Shown one piece after another: positions 10,746-19,176 of a stretch of DNA of 41,280 bases (the stretch's first letter is position 1; each line of letters begins with the position of its first letter). The translations under genes and the position numbers were made by a program. The DNA is taken from the NCBI GenBank assembly GCA_046294565.1, contig JBKBKS010000003.1, forward strand, positions 1 to 41,280, written 5' to 3'. The notes below the pieces were generated by a model. It saw only the letters and a program-made list of their open reading frames with translations, was not told the DNA's origin and did not search any database. The stretch is from Fimbriimonadales bacterium (GTDB lineage Bacteria > Armatimonadota > Fimbriimonadia > Fimbriimonadales > GBS-DC).

Positions 10746-10778
10746 TAGCAGGAATCGCCGCTCAAGGCGCGAATCTAC
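10746..10778 (+). promoter_or_regulatory. Sigma-H-like promoter of the R2lox-CARF-PIN operon
   Basis: TAGCAGGA-N17-GAATCTAC, same boxes and spacing as 3483-3515. SD GAGGAGG lies downstream. Confidence 0.6.
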
Positions 10779-10812
10779 TTGCATATCACGATATGCGACG
10801 AGGAGGCTCGGC

Positions 10813-11751
10813 ATGGTACACACTGAGTTTCTTACAACGAGCGCGCGGGGGTTGAACCGCGACCACCCTGCGATGAAGATGTTCCAGAAAGCCAAAAAGT
10901 TAGGCGTCTGGGACCCTGAGGCGATTGACCTCAGCCAAGACCGCGCCGACTGGCACGCCTTCACCGACGAACAGCGCGATGTGACCCTGCGACTGATTGC
11001 CCTGTTCCAAGCGGGCGAGGAGAGCGTGACCTTAGACCTGCTGCCGCTCATCCAGACGATTGCGCAAGAGGGCAGGCTCGAGGAGGAGATTTTCCTGACC
11101 TCGTTTCTGTTCGAGGAGGCGAAACATGTGGAGTTTATGAATCGGTTTCTCACAGAAGTGGCGGGCGTGCGCGGCGAGGACTTGAGCCGCTACCACACGC
11201 CTTCCTATCGCAAAATCTTTTATGAGGCGCTGCCCCAAGCGATGCACCGCCTACTGCACGACCGCTCGCCTATCGCCCAAGCCGAGGCGTCTGTAACCTA
11301 CAATATGATTGTGGAAGGCGTGCTGGCGGAGACGGGCTACTACGGCTTCTTCCAAGCCTACAAGCGTCAGCAGACGATGCCCGGCTTGGTGCAAGGCATC
11401 GGCAAGATGATGCAGGACGAATCGCGCCACATCGCGTTCGGCGTCTACCTGCTCGCGCGCTTGATTGGCGAGCATGGCGACCCCGTGTGGGAAGCAATCC
11501 AAGCGCGCATGAACGACCTGCTGCCTTACGCGCTCGGCGTGGTGCAGGAGGTGTTTGAACCCTACGCGCCCCACATGCCCTTCGGCTTGAGCCAAGAAGC
11601 GTTCCTGCAGTACGCGATGAACCAGTTCACGCGACGCGACAACCGACTCGCACGCGCACGCACCCTCTCGATAGAGCAACTCTATCAGGAGACCGAAGCG
11701 GCGGAACACGAAGCCGCCGAACTCACCCGCGCAATCGTCGAAGCACGATGA
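10813..11751 (+). CDS. R2-like ligand-binding oxidase (R2lox, Mn/Fe ferritin-like)
   Basis: FQKAKKLGVWDP, FQAGEESVTLDLLP, FEEAKH, VTYNMIVEGVLAETGY, DESRH. All six metal ligands and the Val/Tyr cross-link positions are present. Confidence 0.93.
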   Translation: MVHTEFLTTSARGLNRDHPAMKMFQKAKKLGVWDPEAIDLSQDRADWHAFTDEQRDVTLRLIALFQAGEESVTLDLLPLIQTIAQEGRLEEEIFLTSFLFEEAKHVEFMNRFLTEVAGVRGEDLSRYHTPSYRKIFYEALPQAMHRLLHDRSPIAQAEASVTYNMIVEGVLAETGYYGFFQAYKRQQTMPGLVQGIGKMMQDESRHIAFGVYLLARLIGEHGDPVWEAIQARMNDLLPYALGVVQEVFEPYAPHMPFGLSQEAFLQYAMNQFTRRDNRLARARTLSIEQLYQETEAAEHEAAELTRAIVEAR

Positions 11752-12260
11752 GCAAGGAACCGAAACCCTTCCAGCGCAGCTGGGTAACCGTCGTGGGCTG
11801 GAGTCCAACGGCGGTGGTGAACACCATCTGGATCGCGTGCGAGCAGGATATCGTGCCCGACCGCGTGGCGCTCCTCGCCTCGCCCAACAACCAGAGCATC
11901 CAGCAAAGCATAGAGACCGTCAAACGCTGTTTGCGCGTCCTGCTGCCCGCCTTCGGCGTCAAGCGCCCCTCCATCGAACAGCACGACATCGACGAGGACG
12001 ACCTAATCGGCTTCAAAATGAGGCTTGCGCAAGTGCTCCAATCTGAGCGGAAGTGCGCTGAGAATCTCGTGCTGGATGTCACAGCAGGGCGCAAATACAT
12101 GTCGGCGTTCGGCTTATCTCAAGGGCGACGCGCCGACCTGAAATTGGACAAAGTTTACTACAATCATCTGCTGGAACAGCGTTATGTCGATGTGCCACAC
12201 CCGCTCATCCCGCGCCACGAGCAGCGACTGTACGACCTCAAAGCGCTACTGGGGGACTGA
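11748..12260 (+). CDS. Stand-alone CARF (CRISPR-associated Rossmann fold) domain protein
   Basis: Motif I VTVVGWSPTAV, PDRVALLAS strand, motif II LVLDVTAGRKYMS, KVYY strand. 170 aa with no fused effector. Confidence 0.8.
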   Translation: MSKEPKPFQRSWVTVVGWSPTAVVNTIWIACEQDIVPDRVALLASPNNQSIQQSIETVKRCLRVLLPAFGVKRPSIEQHDIDEDDLIGFKMRLAQVLQSERKCAENLVLDVTAGRKYMSAFGLSQGRRADLKLDKVYYNHLLEQRYVDVPHPLIPRHEQRLYDLKALLGD

Positions 12261-12265
12261 CGCCG

Positions 12266-13360
12266 ATGATTGTGATGAGCGCATCGCAAATGACGCTTCT
12301 GCTCAACCAGCTGGGCGACACGGCGGTTGTGCGTGCGCCGCTGCTGGACAATATCAACCTCTTCCAACTCGACTTGAGGGAGCGTACCGCCGCGATTGAG
12401 CAGATTATCAGCTCCACAGACTACAATCAGGCGTTCCGAAACACTTGGGAACGCCTCGGCGCGCTTGCCGCTCAAAAAGGGTTAGAACAAGGCTTGGTGG
12501 ATCAGGTCAAGCGCGAGCTGCCCAGCTACAATCGCCTGCACGATGCGTTTCGCCAAGCGGGCGTGGAGACGCCTGCCAACATCGAGACTATACGCGACCT
12601 GCTTCAAAAAGCGCGCGAGTCGAATCCCGCGCGCGGCGGCGATATCTACTATTTCGCCTTCGACAACAACGCCCTGCGCAACCGTATCTACTCGCTCTAT
12701 ATGCGACCGCGCACATCGCGCCACGCGCATTACAACCTCCTGCTCGCCCAACAAGTGCGCAGCGAGCTCGAGCCGCGCGATGGGAAAATCCTCTATGAAT
12801 TCTTGAAAGCATTCGGTGCGCTTTACCCCGACTTGAACATCGTGAACATTTTCCAGAACCAGAATCACCTCAGCGACCGCTTGCGCCTGCTGGGGCTTGC
12901 CGAGTGGAACTGCGTGCATCGGTCGGGCGACGCAGAGGTCGTGGACGCGCCCAACACCCACGACCCCGATGGCAAGATTATCGAAGCGTATGCCGCGTTC
13001 GCCCAAAAAGCAGGACGCAAGGTGGTCGCGCTCAGCTCCGACAACGAGTTCGTCACGCGCTGTTCAGGACGAGTGAACCTCGTTGGGCAGATAGTTTCCT
13101 ACCCCAAAGCGCTGGAAAGCCGCTACACCGCCTCTTGGGAGGTCACAGGGCGTCTCCTGTACCAGGCGGCGATAGTCTACGGGCGGATTGATATCGAGAC
13201 GCCTGAAGGTCTCCAGACACGGCTCTACGGCGTCTGGAGAGAAAAAGGCGCAGAGGCGTGGGAGCAGGAGCAACTCAAAGTCACCTTCACGCCTCAACAG
13301 ACGCCACAAGAACAGACGATTCGGCGCAATCTGAGTATTCTGAGCAACTTACAAGCGTAG
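12266..13360 (+). CDS. Large PIN-domain protein (putative RNase)
   Basis: Four PIN-type acidic positions: FAFDNNAL, VRSELE, PDGKIIEAY, VALSSDNEF. Extra N- and C-terminal regions. Confidence 0.75.
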   Translation: MIVMSASQMTLLLNQLGDTAVVRAPLLDNINLFQLDLRERTAAIEQIISSTDYNQAFRNTWERLGALAAQKGLEQGLVDQVKRELPSYNRLHDAFRQAGVETPANIETIRDLLQKARESNPARGGDIYYFAFDNNALRNRIYSLYMRPRTSRHAHYNLLLAQQVRSELEPRDGKILYEFLKAFGALYPDLNIVNIFQNQNHLSDRLRLLGLAEWNCVHRSGDAEVVDAPNTHDPDGKIIEAYAAFAQKAGRKVVALSSDNEFVTRCSGRVNLVGQIVSYPKALESRYTASWEVTGRLLYQAAIVYGRIDIETPEGLQTRLYGVWREKGAEAWEQEQLKVTFTPQQTPQEQTIRRNLSILSNLQA

Positions 13361-13442
13361 CATCGACGCCCTTCTGAAGAGCCGCTTATAGGGCTGAAAA
13401 GTCTCTAAATCCCGAAGAAGTACCTGATCGATTTACGCCCTT

Positions 13443-13457
13443 TGGCACAAGAGTTGA
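13443..13457 (+). promoter_or_regulatory. Possible sigma-54 -24/-12 element
   Basis: TGGCAC-AAGAG-TTGA against the consensus TGGCAC-N5-TTGC; the mismatch is at the conserved -12 C. Confidence 0.3.
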
Positions 13458-13507
13458 AATTCTTCTGTTCGAGCGATGCGCTCAGAATACCTGTGTAGGA
13501 GGTAAGA

Positions 13508-14254
13508 ATGATGGAGGTACTTCGGTCAACTCTGCGGAGTCGCACTTTGGGTTTAGGCGTGCTTGCACTGACAGCTCAGTTCGCAACAGCTCAACTTGGT
13601 CCGAACTTAGTCTTCAACGGCAGTTTCGAGACGCCTATAAGCAACAACAACTGGGGGAACAGCACTGCTCATAACCCCGCTACATGGTTCGCCAACCAGA
13701 CTTTTGGGGGATGGCAAGTTGTTCAAGGTAGCATAGATATCCACAGGTCTGGAACGACGGGAATGGGTACTGGGAATGCCTACGATGGTCTCCAAGCAGT
13801 GGACTTGAATGGTACCCCTGGAATTGGAGGCATCGCCCAAGATATAACGATTAGCACCGTTGGTATTTACAAGCTTCAATTTGCGATGTCAGGCAACACT
13901 GGGCACAACGGGAATATAGCGCCATCTCAATCACGCACCATGCGTGTTCGTCTGTCACAAGGGTCTACCGATATTTTTGACCAGATTTTCACATGAGATC
14001 CAGCAAACCACCCTACCCATGCAGGACATGTGAACAATAACGCTTGGTCATATCAGATTGAGACCGCTAACATCACAATCAACACACCTGGTACCTACAC
14101 GCTGAGTTTTGTCAGCACATTTACAGCAGCTCATTCCTGCGGCGCAGTTATAGATGATGTGCGCTTCCAGCTGGTACCTGAGCCTGCGAGCATGATTGCA
14201 CTTGGCACAGGCTTGACGAGTCTGCTTGCGCTACGCCGTCGCAGAACTGCCTAA
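13508..14254 (+). pseudogene. PEP-CTERM surface protein (DUF642/CBM-like domain) interrupted by an in-frame TGA at 13994-13996
   Basis: The 13508 and 14030 ORFs are in the same frame: ...DQIFT*DPANHPTHAGHVNNNAW...IDDVRFQLVPEPASMIALGTGLTSLLALRRRR. N-terminus has NLVFNGSFETP. Lower GC. Confidence 0.85.
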
Positions 14255-14318
14255 GACCACGCGCTAAACCCTGCCTGAGCTGGGCAGAATCCCCGTTTAC
14301 GGACGAAGGGCGTCTGCC

Positions 14319-15506
14319 TTACTGCCTTAAGGGGCGCACCGAGAGCGTCTCCAGATTCAATTCGCGTTGGATCACCAGCGTCTCGTTGCCCCGCCAATCG
14401 AAGCCAGTAACGGCGTCATGCGCGAACTCTTGCGTCACACCCCCACGCGCCTCAAGCGCGGATACCGAAATAAGTCGATGCACCTTGCCGCTCGATATGT
14501 CCAGCACATAGAGTCCCTTGGGGTCGTACCACGCTAACTTGTCGCCGTTGGGGGAGAAGCGGTAGTAGGTTTCGTAAGCATTGGCGCTTGCTGGAATCTC
14601 GGCGTGGGGGATCAGCGCGAGACGCTTGGGCGCGCCGCCGTACACACTGCGCTCGAGCACGGCGATATAATTCTCGTGCTTGACCCGCGCCCAGCGCACA
14701 ACAGTATTCGTTGCATCCACCCAGAACGCCATTACATCACGCGTTGTAGTGAACGGAACCATCTGTCCGCCTCGCACCAAGTAGAGGTCGCCAAACCGCA
14801 AGGTGTCAGAGGACCACCTCAGGTCCCCAGTCATCTCGGAAGATGTCTGTTTCTTACTTTCCCCAAGCAGCGCCAGCATGCTCATCGGCGTCTCCGTGAG
14901 TATCGTCGCCCACTCCCACGAGACGATTTCGTCGTAATAATCCTTAGGGACTTCCAGCGCGGCAACGCGAACCCAAGTGTTCGTCTCATACACAGCGATG
15001 GTGTTGTCATTCTGATGATAGACCATTAGATACTTTCCATCGCGGCTCCACTGGGCGGCAGCAGGCTCCTCAATCGGCAAGCGCTTCAATATTCCCGACC
15101 CCAACTCATAAAGCATCACCCAAGTGGGCGTTTCCTCTGGGCTGTTGCCGCTCTCATCTTCCCGATTGGTTTCGGGCGTGGGGTCACTCGATGCAGCCGC
15201 TGTTGCAATAAAGCTCAATGCGCGCGAGTCGGGCGCCCACTGGCAGTTCGCAATCCACAGGAACGGGATTGTTGAGACAGTTTGGGTGTCCCAACTGAAT
15301 TGAGTGATAGGGGTTATCGTATCGCGGTCGAGGTCATACAGGCAAAGTTCCCAATACATCTCGTCGTCCGAGATTTCGTGAGGGATTGCCACTGTGGCGT
15401 ATTTGTCGTCGGGCGAGACGCGCACCAAGCCCTGATCGCCGCACCCCGACAGAGCGAGAGCAGCCACAAGGCAAATAAGCGCGCTTGCAATCTTTGGTCG
15501 ACGCAT
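14319..15506 (-). CDS. Lipoprotein with TolB/WD40-like beta-propeller repeats
   Basis: Lipobox LSGC; repeats VSPDDK, WAPDSR, WSRDGK, FSPNGDK. SD GGAGG precedes ATG 15506. Confidence 0.8.
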   Translation of the reverse strand: MRRPKIASALICLVAALALSGCGDQGLVRVSPDDKYATVAIPHEISDDEMYWELCLYDLDRDTITPITQFSWDTQTVSTIPFLWIANCQWAPDSRALSFIATAAASSDPTPETNREDESGNSPEETPTWVMLYELGSGILKRLPIEEPAAAQWSRDGKYLMVYHQNDNTIAVYETNTWVRVAALEVPKDYYDEIVSWEWATILTETPMSMLALLGESKKQTSSEMTGDLRWSSDTLRFGDLYLVRGGQMVPFTTTRDVMAFWVDATNTVVRWARVKHENYIAVLERSVYGGAPKRLALIPHAEIPASANAYETYYRFSPNGDKLAWYDPKGLYVLDISSGKVHRLISVSALEARGGVTQEFAHDAVTGFDWRGNETLVIQRELNLETLSVRPLRQ

Positions 15507-15560
15507 ATCTATCGCCTCCGACGCTACTATACCGATTGGCATTTGCAAAACAGCAGGGAC

Positions 15561-17147
15561 TTAAGTCCTAAAGTCGTTGCTGGTGGCGACCACCTGCATA
15601 TCGGCGTCGGCAATCTGTTCAGGGGGGTGCGAGAGCGCGACCCACCGCGCCTGCTTGCCGGGCGCGAGTGCGCCAATCTCAGCGTCGGCGGTGGCGTAGG
15701 CGGCGCCGGCAGTGAACATCTGCAGGGCGGTCAGTGGCTCCAGACACTCTTCGGGGCTAAGGCAGGTTCCATCGCGGCTGGTGCGCGTGACGGCGGCGCG
15801 CCAACCGATGATAGGGTCGCCCGGCACGACGGGCTGGTCGGAGCTGAACGCCATCGCGACGCCTGTCCGAAGCCAGCTGCGGAACGGCATCAGCGATACC
15901 GCCCGCTCGCCCAACCCGCTCAGATACGCCGTCGTGAGATGCCACAGGAACTCCGGCTGCGGTACGACCGCCACGCCCAACGCCTGCATCTCGGCGAGCA
16001 AATCGTCCGCCATCAGCATCGCGTGTTCGATGCGGTGGCGGTGGTGGGGGCGCTGCAGGGCTTCCAACGCGCGTCGGTAGCCCTGCAGCGTGATGTCGAT
16101 GGCGCGGTCGCCGATTGCATGCACTGCGCACTGCCAGCCTGCGCGATGCACGGTTTGGATACGCGCCATAAGTTCTTCAGGTTCATACATCAGCACGCCT
16201 GTGGTGGGCGTGTCGGCGTAGGGTTGGCGCAGGGCGGCGGTGCGCGTGGTGAACGCGCCGTCGGCGAACAGTTTGACCGCGCCCCAGCGCAGGTCGGGAT
16301 GGGGCGACGGGGGCTGTGGGCTGAACCCGCTCGCCTCGCCCGACCGCTCCGCCTGCTCAAGCCAGCCTGCGCGTCGCGCCGCGCCGTACAGGGGCATCAG
16401 CGTTATGCGCACAGGCGCGCCCTGAGCCAACGCCTGCGCGTAAGCAGCCACTTCAGCTTCCAAGTCGTGCCACCCTGTCGAGGCGTCGCTGGCTGCCAAT
16501 ATGCCGCGCCGCGCCAAGTCCGCGCAAGCGCGATGCACGGCTGCCGTCAGCTCCGCGCCCTGCGGCTTCGGCACATGCTTGGCGACTAGGCTCGCCGCGC
16601 TCTCCAGCAAAATCCCCGTCGGCTCGCCCCTCTCGTCGCGCAGGATGACGCCGTCGCTGGGGTCGGGCGTCTCGCGCGTGATGCCTGCAATCTGGAGCGC
16701 CTTGCTGTTGGCGGCTGCGCCATGCTTACTTACATGGTTGATGTAGATAGGTTTCTCGGCGCACACAGCGTCCAAATCGTGGCGGCTGAGGTGCTGACCG
16801 CCTGGCAGGAGGTTCTGGTCATAAGCGCGTCCCAAAATCCACTCGGCGTCGGGATTCTCGTCCATCCATGCGCGCAGTCGTTGCTGGATTTCGCCGACGC
16901 TTGTGCATCCGCGTAGGTCGGCTTTGCCCAAGTCGATGCCCAGCGGCAGGATATGCATATGGCAATCGTTGAAGGCGGGCACAATCGCTGCGCCGTCGAC
17001 CGTGATGCGCTGCGCGTCGGGGTATCGCGCGGCGAGGTCGGCTTTCGCGCCTACCGCCACAATACGCCCTTCGCGCACCGTCATCGCCTCCGCGAGAGGA
17101 AACTCGCGCCAGAAAGTGTAAATCGGCGCGCCGTGAAACAGTTGCAT
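15561..17147 (-). CDS. Amidohydrolase 3 family (YtcJ-like)
   Basis: VPAFNDCHMH, GEPTGILLE, VKLFADG, AVHAIGDRA, RHRIEHA, FSSDQPV, GALAPGKQA. Start reassigned to ATG 17147. Confidence 0.92.
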   Translation of the reverse strand: MQLFHGAPIYTFWREFPLAEAMTVREGRIVAVGAKADLAARYPDAQRITVDGAAIVPAFNDCHMHILPLGIDLGKADLRGCTSVGEIQQRLRAWMDENPDAEWILGRAYDQNLLPGGQHLSRHDLDAVCAEKPIYINHVSKHGAAANSKALQIAGITRETPDPSDGVILRDERGEPTGILLESAASLVAKHVPKPQGAELTAAVHRACADLARRGILAASDASTGWHDLEAEVAAYAQALAQGAPVRITLMPLYGAARRAGWLEQAERSGEASGFSPQPPSPHPDLRWGAVKLFADGAFTTRTAALRQPYADTPTTGVLMYEPEELMARIQTVHRAGWQCAVHAIGDRAIDITLQGYRRALEALQRPHHRHRIEHAMLMADDLLAEMQALGVAVVPQPEFLWHLTTAYLSGLGERAVSLMPFRSWLRTGVAMAFSSDQPVVPGDPIIGWRAAVTRTSRDGTCLSPEECLEPLTALQMFTAGAAYATADAEIGALAPGKQARWVALSHPPEQIADADMQVVATSNDFRT

Positions 17148-17156
17148 ATTCTCGAT

Positions 17157-17183
17157 GTTCGCCGCCAAACGCGAAGCTCCTCT
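17157..17183 (-). promoter_or_regulatory. Third sigma-H-like promoter (amidohydrolase, leaderless)
   Basis: Minus strand AGAGGA-N17-GAAC, then 9 nt to the ATG. Confidence 0.4.
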
Positions 17184-17315
17184 TGCAAGCAAGTTGTCTG
17201 CCTGTACCCACAAACGCCTGCTGTCGTCGATCGCCCACTTTTTGCCGCTTGAGTTCAAATCCGCCGCCGAGCGACGACACCCCTGAGGGTATTTGTGAAA
17301 CTTCCCAAGTCGGTA

Positions 17316-17396
17316 GAGATTCCTCGCCTGCGCTCGGAATGACAGACTTGTTTTTGGTGAGCGACTACTGTCATGCCGAGCGAAGCGAGGCATCTC
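17316..17396. repeat. Inverted pair of REP-like palindromic elements
   Basis: gagattcctcgcctgcgctcggaatgacag (17316-17345) and ctgtcatgccgagcgaagcgaggcatctc (17368-17396) are near-perfect reverse complements, and each is internally palindromic. Confidence 0.8.
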
Positions 17397-17526
17397 AAAT
17401 ACTGACGCCCCCGATTTTTCGAACACCCTCCTTTAGGGGTTGACTCCCCTGCTACTCCAACGGGTATACTCCTACCGCTTTGCGACCGAGGTCGCAGGGC
17501 GCGAGAGTTCACCAAGGAGGGAAGCT

Positions 17527-18468
17527 ATGCAACACATAGTACGCCTGGGGTTGATTGCCCCGCTCGTGAGCCTGATGGTCGCAGCCTCGGCGCAGCAAAC
17601 AATCACTTATAAGGTAAAACCGGGCGATTCGTTATACACGATTGCCCATCGGCACGGACTGCGTCTGCCGGATCTGCTGGCAGTGAACAATCTCCGCAAT
17701 CCCCACGCACTGCAAATCGGCGATGTCATCAAAATCCCCGTGAAGAACGGCGCGCGCAGTGCCGCAACGAAGTCCAACGCCCGCTCGAGCGCCCCCGCAT
17801 CGGGCTGGGCGGAGATTAACAAAGATCGCATCAACATCCGCAGTGCGCCTACCACCAACGCGCGGCGCATTACGATTGTGGACCGCTGGACGAAAGCGCA
17901 GGTGTTGGGGCGTCAAGGCGACTGGAGCCGTATTCGGCTTCAGGACGGGCGCACAGGCTGGGTGTTGAGCCAATACCTCAGCCCGACGAAGCCGCCTCGG
18001 GCGCAGTCTACGGCTCGGCGCGGCGCCCCGCGTCCACAGTCGGCGCGTTCGCGTCAATTATCGCGGATGCAAGCCGCTCCGAGCGTGGAGTCGGGCAAGG
18101 CGCCCGGCGTGGTGAGTCGCGCGCTTGGCTATCTCGGCGCACGCTACAGCTACGGCGGCAGCGGCGCACGCGGCTTCGATTGCTCGGGGTTCACCGCCTA
18201 CATCTATCGGCAGCACGGCATACGATTACCCCACAACTCCGCCGCGCAGTACCGCGTGGGCAAGCCCGTTCCCCGCAGCGAACTCCGACCGGGCGACTTG
18301 GTATTCTTCCGCACGCGCGGCAACCGAATCTCCCATGTGGGCATCTATATGGGCAACGGCAAGTTTGTCCATGCCTCCAGTGCGCGGGGGCGCGTGCGCA
18401 TCGACACGCTCAACTCTGGCTACTACCGCCAACGCTATGTCGGCGCGCGACGCGTAGCAACAAAGTGA
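17527..18468 (+). CDS. LysM-SH3b-NlpC/P60 peptidoglycan endopeptidase
   Basis: Signal peptide, YKVKPGDSLYTIA (LysM), INIRSAPT..GWV (SH3), GFDCSGFT, PGDLVFF, SHVGIYMG, FVHAS. SD AAGGAGG. Confidence 0.95.
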   Translation: MQHIVRLGLIAPLVSLMVAASAQQTITYKVKPGDSLYTIAHRHGLRLPDLLAVNNLRNPHALQIGDVIKIPVKNGARSAATKSNARSSAPASGWAEINKDRINIRSAPTTNARRITIVDRWTKAQVLGRQGDWSRIRLQDGRTGWVLSQYLSPTKPPRAQSTARRGAPRPQSARSRQLSRMQAAPSVESGKAPGVVSRALGYLGARYSYGGSGARGFDCSGFTAYIYRQHGIRLPHNSAAQYRVGKPVPRSELRPGDLVFFRTRGNRISHVGIYMGNGKFVHASSARGRVRIDTLNSGYYRQRYVGARRVATK

Positions 18469-18716
18469 TTGACGCACGGACGCTTCAGGCTGCGACACCC
18501 GCCCCCTGCACCCCCTGCAGGGGGCAATGCTCGATTTGATAGCGCAGTCAGTCACATGAACTGCCGACCGCTTCCCAAAAACGGCAAATTCCCCCTCGAA
18601 GCGGCAGGAGTCTCGGTAAAATCGATGTATAATTAAGACTACCCACTGACTGCGCGCAGGCGAATCGGTCATCAGGGCTTATCATCCGCCCGCGCCGTCA
18701 AAAGGAGGCTATATCT

Positions 18717-19130
18717 ATGCGTTTAGGCAGAGGCTTTACGCTGATCGAGTTGCTGGTAGTCATCGCGATTATCGCCATCTTAGCGGCGATACTGTTCCCG
18801 GTATTCGCGCAGGCGCGCGAGTCGGCGCGTCAGACAACCTGTGCTTCTAACATGAACCAGTTGAGCCGCGCGATTGCTATGTACGCGGCAGACCACGAAC
18901 AGACCTTGCCGATGGGCATGTGAAGAACATTCCGCACAGTGTATTCATGGATCAGCACCCATCGATCCCTGCTGCAGGCGGGCGCACCATTCGCCTCAAC
19001 CAAGACCCGTCGGCAGACAACCCGAACAGTTAGTTCATCCGAACCTCATGAGCAGCAACGCCTCCCGACGCGGCGGACTCCACGCCATGCGGGAGGCGTT
19101 GTTCCACTTGGGAGCAAGCAGTCCGCATAA
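18717..19130 (+). pseudogene. Decayed prepilin-type/DUF1559 gene
   Basis: Intact SD and N-terminus ([10 protein letters not shown]...[19 protein letters not shown]), then TGA at 18921-18923. Residual VYSWI follows in frame and IDPC in a shifted frame. No H-X9-DG motif. The 3' boundary is approximate. Confidence 0.75.
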
Positions 19131-19176
19131 TCGCACGACGCCATTCGAGGTACACTATCCCCCGCACGGAGGGACT

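Noticed and set aside
10813-11751. Second RNR beta subunit
   Set aside because: The motifs (GEESVTLDL, YNMIVEGVLAETGY) are R2lox-specific, and the true nrdB lies next to nrdA.
15282-16589. Long alternative ORFs (also 3845-4843, 19834-20823, 29551-30708, 34552-35544, 37286-38194)
   Set aside because: These are antisense shadows of well-supported genes, expected at high GC, with no motifs.
17471-17526. c-di-AMP riboswitch upstream of the NlpC/P60 gene
   Set aside because: The leader is only ~50 nt with one small hairpin (tgcgacc-ga-ggtcgca), too short and lacking the consensus.
17147-17527. N-terminal extensions in the ORF track (amidohydrolase, NlpC/P60; likewise proS, purN, nrdA/B, tatA, SIS)
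   Set aside because: The extensions run through promoters, repeats or neighbouring genes. Family homology and SD/-10 positions support the shorter starts.
18634-18705. Riboswitch, or hammerhead ribozyme (CTGATGA on the minus strand), in the prepilin leader
   Set aside because: No GAAA core partner or recognisable aptamer consensus. An Rfam/Infernal scan would settle it.
13994-18923. TGA recoding (Sec or Trp) to explain the in-frame stops at 13994 and 18921
   Set aside because: TGA is an ordinary stop for many genes here, there is no obvious SECIS-like hairpin or redox motif, and the second gene also appears frameshifted.
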